Source of the DNA: Chrysomallon squamiferum
Taxonomy: Eukaryota; Animalia; Mollusca
DNA: 64,000 nucleotides
Assembly (NCBI GenBank): GCA_012295275.1
Contig: CM022678.1
Coordinates: forward strand, 1,488,001 to 1,552,000
Direction: 5' to 3'
Below, piece after piece: positions 52,959 to 64,000 of the stretch (positions are counted from its first letter, which is position 1; each line of letters starts with the position of its first letter). Below the pieces are notes generated by a model. That model was not told where the DNA came from. It did not search any database and saw nothing but the letters and a program-made list of their open reading frames with translations. A program made the translations under genes and the position numbers.

Positions 52959-55900
52959 CTAAGTGTTGGACGTTTTTAAAAGGGTAAACATAACTGTAAC
53001 GACAATAACGATGGCAATCACAATGCCGGTAATTGCTGTAACCTTGGCCATTTTCCCCAAGTTTCTCGCCTCCTCATAATCGCCAATGTCTGACGCAGTT
53101 CGGGACTGGAAAATAAACAGAAAACAGATTTATGAAATCCTGCGGCCATTTCGGGCGATATAATTATGTCTGTGTCTGGTATATAGATGATTTTTCGTAT
53201 AAATATGTTTAGATGCCATGTTGTTGGAGGTGCGTGTTTGTGGGTGTATGTGTGTGTGTGTTAGTTGCGGGCGGATAGCTGAGTGAGGGTGGGTGAGTGT
53301 GGGTGTGTGTGTTAGTTGGGGTGGATGGCTGAGTGAGGGTGGGTGAGTGTGGGTGTGTACGTATATGTTTCTACTACAGCACGCACGTCTTCGTGTAAAA
53401 CTACTAATTCAGTGAAGAAAGACACAGATTGTAATTTTCTGATAACTTAATATCTGTGAGACCAGAGTAAAATATCTAATACAATTAAACAAATTAAAAT
53501 ATTTAGTTTTATTTGCTAGAATCTTGATAAATGATATGAATAAATTAGTCATAAATTGGAAATTAAAAAGATGTAGAAATGTCATCCACCAGAGTAACCT
53601 CCCTCCAGTTATATCGCTGTTTATGTTGTCATTAAGCCTAACGACAAATGAGCAAATAGTGCTAAGTTCTAAATATTAACAGTCTTTGATCATTAAAATC
53701 ATCTTCATTAGACACCTAATAGCCCTGCTCTTCCTGTGAAATACGCCAGAATCATTAGAAATCATTTTTAACAGTATGAGATAAACAACTTATAAAATAC
53801 AACAAGCATATTACACAAATTGCCTAATCCTAGTCATTTCTTGAAATGTCTGATCATTTTAGACATTACTCGAATAGAGCGGTTGTCTTAGACATTAGTG
53901 AAGTGATTGATTATTACAGCCATTTCACGTCCTGGCAGGTCTTACAGAGTAACTGTGACACACTCACATATTCACACGAAAATATTTAGTTCTCCAGATT
54001 ACTTACCTGAACTGAACAGAAGATAGCGATTATTGCCATGGGGAAGTTGAAACAAAAAGATATGAGAGACAGGATCATGTAATCAGGGGGCGACCTGGAG
54101 GACGAACATTCAAAGTGTCTGCTGGAGGACGAACATTCAAAGTGATTCTTGGTTGTCGAATAATCTTTACATGTAAAAAATAGAATATATTATACACACA
54201 TAGAAAATATATATTTACATACACAGACACCCATACACTTGCACACGGATTAATGTTCATAATTCGTATAGCAATAATGCAGAAGTTATTGCTGTTTGGA
54301 ATGATGATGTGGTACTCCAACCACAGAAACGGATGCCGTCTTATTGTGTGCTCTTCAGCAGCAGGCACATTTTCCCTAGCAAGCAGCTTAGTTTTCTAGT
54401 CCAATTCGCTGCGTGTACATTATGATAAGGAAAGGAAATGGAAGCATCAGTCCCATGAAGTACATGTTTTGTAAGTGTTGTGCTGTTTGCCTGGTGAACA
54501 TTGTTAATTTCATCAAGTGTGATCACTTTGCGGTCCGCGCCGCTTCCTTTAATAACACTAACAGCTACTTAAACATTTATTGTTGTAAGGTTTTACTGAA
54601 ACTCACATCAAAGCTTAAAGTTAATAACTGCAGGAACCAGTGCAAGAAATACGTCAATATTCATATGTTCGACGATCTTTCCTTTTTGCAAGTGCAATAA
54701 CAATAGTAGGTGTGTATCAGTTTTAAAACTATGTTGTTGTTTTTTTATTATTTCCAGAATAACTAAAAATATAAAACAAATGCTTGATGTGTATTGTCTT
54801 GGGACAGAGTCACTAATTTTGCAGAGAATCTACTTACGACTATTGGAATGTTTCTTGTTTCTCGTTCGTGTCCATATCGCGGTAATGGAAGTTCATAGTT
54901 CGCTTCCAGCTGATCGTATGCTGGTGGAGGTCCATAATTTGCTTCTAGTTGATCGTATGCTGGTGGTGGCTAAAATAAATCATCATCGTCATCTTGGTCA
55001 TTATTATTATTATTACTGGTGTTGTTGTTTTCGTAGTTATCCATATTATTATTATTACTATTATTATTATTATTATTATTATTATTTGTTTATTTAGTTA
55101 TAATAGCTGTTGTTGTTATTACATAGGTAAGTTCACACAGATATTCGGATGAACACAAAAGGAAGATCGATTCCCATAGAAAAAAATCAATTACGTGTCG
55201 TAAATATCAAATTAATGAAATTAACAACCAGCGAAAGAAAAAATAATTAAAGTAATATAAAGAATAAATGAATCAAATGATATACTGTATAGTAATACTA
55301 ATACTACTACTACTAATAATAATAGTAATTATAATAATAACAATAATAATAGTAATAATAATATTATTATTAACAACATCATCATCTTCATCGTCATTAT
55401 CGCTATCATTATTATTTGTGTTTGATCAGAACGTGAAGCAAGGTGCTAACTGTGATAAGTTGTGTGAAAAACGTCACTGTGTTAACACAAACTCATCGTG
55501 TGACGTAGACAGAAAAATGTGACGTTGCAGTTTCGAATGGAGCAGACTGTAGAGAACGTAATCACTGCGTGTTTTATCAAATAAAACAAAAATAATGATC
55601 AAAAATGCTACATTTCATTGAAATTCAACTCGTTCAGTTGTAGTTTTAATTTTTTGAATGAAATAAGAATACAATATAATAAATAAAATAATATAAAAAT
55701 AACAATAATAGAAACGGAACTTTGTGTGTGGAGAAACAAATTTATATTTTTATATTTTGAAACAACTTACATATTGTGGTGGATCTTCGTAACCAGTTTC
55801 TGAAATAAATTTTAAATATAGATATGAAACATACGTATTTTTGATTGAAGATGAAATACAGAAACCTCGATTACATTTGCCTTTCATTGTTCTGTTACAC

Positions 55901-56677
55901 AGCATATAAAGTGACAAGAAAGAAAAACAGGAAGAAAAAAAGAAAATAATTCCAAATGTCCATGTGACGGAACCTCATTAGTGACTTCGCCACACTTGTT
56001 TTTAATCAGAATTTTGTGTAGTAAATTACATGATATTCGTATATTTGTACATACCCATCGAACGCAGAATGTCTGCTACATTTTATATTCATATCATATT
56101 ACGGTAATATTTATTTAGCTACCGTGTATAATCATGTTTATAAATTTATATGTTTACAGTTCTTCAATGTTTAGCTAATTAATGTGGGAAAATGGGGTAA
56201 TTACACGAGAACTAAATAGCAGAGAGTATGCAGACATTCATAGGCTGTTTAGAAGCTGTATTATATAATCAGGGGAAGTTCTGTTATTTTGTAAACTGAG
56301 AAACACTGGGATTAACAAACTCAAAATTGGCGTTAAAGTTGCAAAGTAAATTCAGAAAGGCTGTCTGCAGAGGAGAATACTGAACGCTTGTGCGCTGACT
56401 TTAAACGTGGTAAATCCGTTTTAAACGAGATCTTTTGATCCGTTCGCCTTCTTGCGACACGTCGTTAGATTGGTTAGAACATTAAAGTAACCAACTGGGC
56501 TATTTGCTTTTACATTATGTCGTTGACTAAATTATATATGTTACCATTGCAGTTGACGTTCCAAAACATCTTGTCATCAAACACGAAAGACAGAGAGTTA
56601 GTTCTAGCTGCGGTAACATAAACTTTAGACTTTTGAAGATAAATGTTTTTAATTTTATTTTTTGGAGTGTGGTTTGA

Positions 56678-56711
<34 letters not shown>

Positions 56712-58541
56712 AACAACAACAATTGAATGAATTTATTGACTTACAGGTTGATTGGTTGAACAGCCGATTGATCCATGCATGGATCGGCTGATTGACCGAT
56801 CAATTTGAATAGCCAATTAAGTTAATAATTAAAAAGGTAAGAATAAAAAATACACTTACGTACTTTCAGACGATACTAACCCGGTTATGCAATTTTAAAA
56901 ATGTACATAATAAACCTAAATAAGTTAACTACGTTCATGCTTTATTCTTTTCTTTTTTTTCTTTTTTTTTTACAGGTGTTTATAGCATTTTTTAAATCAA
57001 TAAAAAGACCACTGACAAAAAGAAGAAGAACAAAAAAAAAAGAAGAAAAGAACAGATTGGAATTGTTGGACCAGAGGGAAGCAGCCAAAAAGATCAAGGA
57101 AACATCAACAGCAGCCGAGGACAGAACAAACAAACAGGACGCAACCAACACGGACCAGTGACGAATACGAGACATTCAACGAATTAGAGTTATAATTAGA
57201 GTTAGAGTGCCGGAAACAACAATGAGAGACAAGCATCAACGAAACATCGCAACCAATTCGTAACGATCCGATATTCTGGACACTCCCTTGTGTTCTGTAA
57301 TCCTAACGAGAACCCACTTTCTGCGACAGACACGCCCGCTGACTTGTCAGAAAGCGAGCCAGTCGTAGAGCTTGCTCTGATTAGCACGTTATATCTTTTC
57401 AAGGTTCAAGGTTCAAGGCCACCGTGACGGTCCACAGATTAACTTTTGTTTGTTTTCAGCTTGTATTCATAATATTAACAGGTCCAGCAATACAACTTCT
57501 GTGTCTAGGCTTTTATTTATCTGTTTTAAGGAATAGGTACTGTTGGGGGTTTATTCATTCTTTCTTTTCTTATTTATTTATCTTTTTAATTTATTTTTAT
57601 ATTATTTGTCACGTTTTCATTTAATGCTGTGTTATTAGGGTATCGACTAAATGGCAGTAAGCCAAGTAAGCTATGAATAGACCTTCCTGCTTCTAGCGTG
57701 TGAACTTTACACATTTCTTGTTTTTATTATTGTCACATAGTATTATTATTATTGTTACTACTATTGCTACTACTATTTTGTAAAGTATTTATAATTATGT
57801 ATACAAACACACATAGGTGTCTATACATTGGCCGTTCTGTAAACAAACATCGCAAATAACACGTGATTCGCCTACTAAATGTCGAACAATACAACAAGCA
57901 AACACACAGACACTAAGCCACAGGTGTTCAACGTGGGGTGTCCAGCCTTTTTTCTGGGGGTCGCGAGATCGTTCTTGAGCGAGGGAAATGGTTTAGCTTG
58001 TTTCAACATGACTTGGAAGGAGGAATAAAAAAACACGTGTTTGGGACCCGTAGTAGTGAACATAGATTCCTTTTGTACTGTCTTTGGTTGATGAAAATAT
58101 GGTAAGCCCAGGTATTAATGAGTCAGCAATGTTAAAGGAGATTATGGGTCATATTGAGTTGCTCACAAGGGGTTACTGTATGAAAAAGGTTGAAAACCAG
58201 TGCAATAAGCCAAACGCTTGTCAATTTTGTGTCAGTGAACAGCTGTCTGAATATATTGCTAGTGTAACTCTTCTGCTCATTTGATTTGCTGGGAAACATT
58301 CTCAGTTCAGCTGTTTCATTTACACGTATTTGTATCCCTTATTTCCGTTAAATGCAGGCTTCGAAAATACGTACAGATTGTTACATCTTTCTCTAGTGTT
58401 TTTGTGTATTACAGCTATAAACGACTTGTGTAATCTAGCCCATCGATATATCTTTTATTTAGACTACAGTCAGTGTAGGTTGTTTTATGTTGTTTTTCAT
58501 TAGATACTAATGTATCAGGACTTACCTCGTCTGGTCTCCAT
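52959..58541 (-). CDS. CD225/dispanin protein, copy 4; 1-nt deletion in exon 4 (pseudogene or sequencing error)
   Basis: Exons 58541-58526 (METRR), 55799-55771, 54969-54838, 54164-54007 (158 nt) and 53105-52959. A G5 run at 54086-54090, where copies 1 and 3 have G6, shifts the frame just before the CD225 domain. Confidence 0.75.
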
Positions 58542-58787
58542 TTTCTTATGTGTCGTTATTTTTGAACATTGAGCCAGGAGAACATACAGTGTCACTGGCT
58601 CCTTTCCAACGTTTATCGTCCTCTGTTTGACACAGCACGTCTGACGTAAACTTTTCAACAACACCTGCCTCGTGTTAGAGCTCTGGCTGGACTCTAACGA
58701 GATAATAATCTACAGTTTTTTTCTTTGTCTTTCTTGATTGAGTTGGTGTCAGATTATCAAGTATGCACCACTGTTTACACTACTTCA

Positions 58788-58820
<33 letters not shown>

Positions 58821-60823
58821 CATTGTACAGTTAAAATCATTTATCACATGTTGTAAAATACCTATTGATTAGTAAGAGGTAACGAATGTTTAATATTCAA
58901 AATTAATAGTTATTACGTAACAGAGAAATTCTTTTAGCTCAATTAAATATTGATAAATTATCTGCTCAATACAGTTTAAGTTTGAGATATGCCACAATCA
59001 GACCGTGAAAACACTTAATACAAAACTGATAACACTCAAGAAATAAATGACTGATAAACTAGATATATAAATAAATTAAAACGTAATAAAAGAAATCTGG
59101 ATATCAGCGTACACACACACACACATACACACACATATACGTTCATGTATAAATGCATTCATACATAACATAGGTAGTTATACATTACATTACTGTACTT
59201 TACAAATGGAATATTTTAAATGTCAAACATGTCAAATATTATATTTGTTTTTTACTTTCTAAACAAGTAACGAAAGACAATACGCCAAAAATCAACGATC
59301 ACGCTGTCATCTGTAACAGTTGACAAACCAAGCGTTTAACGATTGAATTGCAAACTGGTACAAAACTGTGGTATGTATTGCCGACTGATTTGTCATATTA
59401 AATGTATTTAAAATGTATCCTGCTGCTAAGTGAAGAGATATAGCTGGTACCTTGTGAATGATAAACCTGATAAATATATCAACTAAACTGTATTATATCA
59501 TATAGCCGATGATTAAAACTGATATCATCATTAAAATTATCATCATCAACAACATATTCTTCATCATTATTATAATTAAACTTTTGCTGTTGTTGTTGTT
59601 GTTGTTGTTGTTGTGGTTGTTATACCAAAACGCATACAAAGTCGTTAACCGGCAAGTGGACACTGAATTGATGACTTCAACTTGTGGTGTTACTTTTCAT
59701 GTCCAGCTTCGCGTTACTAGCTAACTTTGACCAGGAACATTTAAAGTACAAGTCGCTGTATGCGGGGAAATTAACTACATTAACTGTGTCTATATTAGAT
59801 ATAAATTAAACATGAGTATGATGATGAATATATCAGTATTATTAATACCAATAATACAAAGAAGAAGAAGGACAACAGCAACAACAATAATAATGATATT
59901 AATAATAATAATAATTATAAGAGATTAATGAATTAATAAATGAATAAATAAAACAATATTTTGTGGGGTGGTTACTGTTTGGAATGGTATTCTATTGTTG
60001 ATAATTTATATTTGTCCTGTAATTGAGGCTGACGTTACAAACTATATTGTATATAAGAATCACTGCTAAACTTTCGATATCTTATATTTACATTTAGTCT
60101 TATAATTGCACCTTATGCCCAAATCGTATGTTATTATTTGAGGAGCAGAGATCTGACTATAGCTAGCACCTTATTGGGGTAATATGTAAAAACAAGAAAA
60201 CACAGAAATAATCATACTATTTAGATGCTAGTAGCAGTATTGTGTTTTATTAAAAATTGTCTAAACAGTGTTCTTTATTCGGCGTCAGAGAGAGACTACA
60301 AGACGTACAGACGAGTGAGTAACTCCACACTCGAACCGATGCGAGGAAAACTTTCTGTTTGTCTTTACAGACATTTCACATGATCAGTTGTTTCCGTCTA
60401 AGAAATAATTCTTGTTATTTATTTAATTTATTACTATTATTTATTAATGATCATAGTCGATCCCGCACACATTTCAATGTAGCTGACGATGTTGATGATA
60501 ATGATGATGATGATGATGATGACAGTAATAATAATAATAATAACAATAATAATAATAATAATAACAAAAGAAGTAACAATGGCAATGTCACGTGACAGTA
60601 TTTAAAGAGCTCGTATTCGTGTCTAGGGGTTTAAAAACACTATGACAAGGATTGGTAAATATTAACTGTCACAGTAAATTGCATCTAGACATGTGTACAA
60701 ATAACACATCAGGGAAAACACAGTTTGAGTTACTTTTTCATATTCAGGACATATTTTCTTATGATAACAAACTGTTTACGGTTTTGAGGAAAGCTGAGTT
60801 CAGGGCAGAAGTTAATATACAGA

Positions 60824-61023
60824 CAGCGGTCCAGTGATCCAACTTACGAGTTTTCCGAGTCACGAGCAGTCGCCCGGTCAGTGTTGTGCTAGTACGAGGG
60901 TAGTAGTTTCACGATATGTAACATACTGAAGCAGAAGGAGTCGATAAAGGTTTGATATACGAGTAAATTGAGTTACGAGCTCGGTCACGGTGCGAATTAA
61001 ACTCGTAAGTCAAGGTACCAATG
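60824..61023. mobile_element. Shorter paralogue of the Tigger-type MITE (single internal unit, eroded left TIR)
   Basis: Right end ctcgtaagtcaaggtaccaatg is identical to 33643-33664, in the same flanking context. Confidence 0.75.
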
Positions 61024-61414
61024 TTTTTGTTTCCTTTCTTGTTTCAAGTCTCACCCACCCATCCACCCACACACCCCACACAAACACGCACACACACACA
61101 CATGGATGTAACTACTGAAAAATTATTTCTACCAGTTTTCTAGCTGTTAATGTGTTTATTCTGAGTTTTTTCATGCACGCTACAGTAAATATTTTGTAAA
61201 TTTAGAAATAAATTAAGAAACAAAACAACTATAAAATAAGATAAGCAGTTAATTCTTTATTACAGACGAATATCTATAATTTTCTGATCAGTCCACATAA
61301 AACTGGCTGAAGCACAGTTAAACAGTAATGAAGTCACTTATTCATAACACTAACTCCAAGACGTTTCGCAGATCGTCAGATTTGTTTGTTGTAAAGAAAC
61401 ATTACAAACAATGT

Positions 61415-61752
<338 letters not shown>

Positions 61753-62699
61753 ATGGAGAAGTTTAATGAAAACAAATGGAACGATCAAATTTGTACAGCC
61801 AATTTATTTATTAACTTCTGCGTCGGTTGTCTTGCTATAAAACTGATTTTATTTCTATTCAAAGAAACATGCGCGCGTCTCAGTTATCGTTCGAATTTAG
61901 TGACTTTTCTATTTATAACTAAACGTATTAATTCAATACACGATTTTCTCAGCACGCCACACCACGTGATCATATCTTTGTTTAACAGTGTTTACCTCCC
62001 CTGTTACGATACGTTCTTAGTAAATAAATTACGTTTCATCTAACCTAACAGTTACCTGAACTCGAGTACGTTCATCATTTTCTGAAGTGCAGAAAATAAG
62101 GTAAGTTATATATATATATTATTAATGTATTTATTTATTATCAATTTACTTGAAGAAACTTTAATGTGCAATTTTTTTATATTTTAGTAATTAAAATCAT
62201 AGTATATGTGATGACGTCTACAGACGCCATGATATTAAATAGCCAGTTTGTTTTGTTTTAAAAGCCACTGTAATACACTGATTACATCTATGACTATCTG
62301 GTGGGAAGTACGACTGTTCTTTTATAATATATTTAGAACACTTTGTCTGATTTTTATCAACAGCAAGTCAAATATATAAAATTAGTAATTGATGATTCTA
62401 ACATACTGCTTTCTGAGCATACACCTCAATTTTCAGTGTGTGTGTGTGTGTGTGTGTGTAACGAATTTCCAGTATATATCAACACACACTTTGATCTGTT
62501 GTTTATACAGTAATTTAGTTTAACTATTTACATTTATTCACACCGACGCACACGCACATAAAAGAAGTTTATTATTTTCTTACAGTCGAATATTTTAAAT
62601 GAAAACAACCACAATAACAAAACAATTTCGCACTCACCAAAACATATCTACAACTCATCAACAACCTTCACTCATCCCAGTCACTTCAGTTCAGCTTTT

Positions 62700-62885
62700 C
62701 ACTTCATTCTGTTCATCCCACCTCTCACTTCATACTATTCACCCCACCTGTCACCTCATTCTATTCACCCCACCTGTAACTTCATTCTGTTCACCCACCC
62801 TCTCACGTCATTCTGTTCACCCCACCTGTCACCTCATTCTCTTCACCCCACCTGTCACCTCATTCTGTTCACCCCACCTGTCACT
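62700..62885. repeat. 26-bp tandem repeat (~7 units)
   Basis: Unit acctgtcacctcattctgttcacccc. Confidence 0.85.
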
Positions 62886-63073
62886 AAGTATGTACAAATT
62901 TGTTTTTGAGTCTCTAAGGCCACACAGTCACGACGACACGTTCAAACAACTACTACCACCTCCCACATGATTTGCGACGTGTTCCGCTCTTCACTAATTC
63001 TTCAAACATTTACTCATGACGTTTGTTAATGTATGTAAAGGTACGGTGTGCAATTACTGAAAACAGCACGAGT

Positions 63074-63117
<44 letters not shown>

Positions 63118-63189
63118 CCATTAACAGCTTAATTCGTTCTATTCTGATATACGAGTCAAAAAAAGGTAGGGAACGAATTTATATTTATA

Positions 63190-63254
<65 letters not shown>

Positions 63255-63398
63255 GTAGTATAATTATAAATACTGCATTGAAATTACAGACAGATGTATA
63301 GACTAACAGACATAGACACACACACGCACATATTTTAAATAATAATCACACTTAAAACGTAATTGCTGTTGCAGAAGCTTACTGTTTGTAAAAGAAAG

Positions 63399-64000
63399 AT
63401 GTCGCAGCTGTCACGTGTTTGGACTAAGAAACGAATTCCTGACGACGAACTGGACGTCTTTCTGAACGGAAACCCCACCCACAGAACAGGACCGCAGCAC
63501 TTCCTGTACAAACCCAACCATGACGACAGTCTCGGGGCAAATGTCCAACCATCCACTTCCGGTGCGAAAAGTGCGAGACTTCAGAAATCGCGCCAGAATA
63601 AAACTGCGTTATTAGCAATAAGAGATCGAGACGGCGTTTACAAATCTTTGGACGCGAATTCTAAAATTCCCATTTCTCTGAGTCTTCCGATGGGGCCAGA
63701 CATTCATTATCGGGACTACGGGTCTTATAAACCGTATCACTCGTATGCTCCTTACAAACCAAATTCAGCTTGTCCCGTGGATCAGTTTAAACAAAGGACA
63801 AACTCTAAAAACAATAAAACAGTAAGAACAGTTAAGAAGACAACTTTCAAAGAAACGGAAAAAGCAGCCCCTAAGATTTCAAAACAAGAGAAAAAAGTTA
63901 CTGCCCAAGATAAAAAATTTAATGTTCAAGAAAAGGTTGCCATTAGCAACGGACATACAAACCTCATCCCACAGGAAGTCAGAGAGGAAAAGAAGAATTC
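63399..64000 (+). CDS. Uncharacterised protein, first coding exon, runs off the window
   Basis: Stop-free non-repetitive frame of 200 codons, MSQLSRVWTKKRIPDDELDVFLNGNPTHRTGPQHFLYKP...EVREEKKN. Acceptor tgttgcag ends at 63374, and a candidate upstream UTR-exon donor AAG|gtaagt sits at 62101. GC content is higher than the flanks. Confidence 0.7.
   Translation, partial: MSQLSRVWTKKRIPDDELDVFLNGNPTHRTGPQHFLYKPNHDDSLGANVQPSTSGAKSARLQKSRQNKTALLAIRDRDGVYKSLDANSKIPISLSLPMGPDIHYRDYGSYKPYHSYAPYKPNSACPVDQFKQRTNSKNNKTVRTVKKTTFKETEKAAPKISKQEKKVTAQDKKFNVQEKVAISNGHTNLIPQEVREEKKN

Larger units (their letters stand above)
24290..61290. repeat. Tandem segmental duplication: four ~9-kb units, each carrying one dispanin gene
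   Basis: Homologous blocks recur, e.g. last-exon starts at 25229, 34418, 44366 and 53105, and first-exon ATGs at 30882, 41758, 49671 and 58541. Duplicate ORFs in the track confirm this. Confidence 0.95.

Overview
AT-rich, microsatellite-laden metazoan genomic DNA (invertebrate, plausibly a mollusc; the species cannot be fixed from sequence). Almost all entries in the ORF track are repeat artefacts, and the real genes are spliced. (1) 1045-19787 (-): a 17-coding-exon GTF3C2 (TFIIIC110/Tfc6) orthologue with an N-terminal AT-hook and ZNF512-like zinc fingers, carrying four apparent frameshifts that are probably consensus errors. Two perfect, oppositely oriented Pol III B-boxes (GGTTCGAATCC) lie at its 5' end, recalling the ETC6 autoregulatory site of yeast TFC6. 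(2) 22005-24190 (+): intact MED30, head-to-head with GTF3C2. (3) ~24.3-61.3 kb: four tandem ~9 kb units, each carrying a small 5-6 exon minus-strand CD225/dispanin (IFITM/PRRT1-like) gene that is invisible in the ORF track. Their N-termini repeat an IFITM3-like composite PPxY/YxxL motif, and copy 2 is far more diverged in exons than in flanking non-coding DNA. The units also hold a decayed RT+RNase H LINE, a Tigger transposase fragment, MITEs and copy-variable minisatellites. (4) An uncharacterised plus-strand ORF starts at 63399 and runs off the window.
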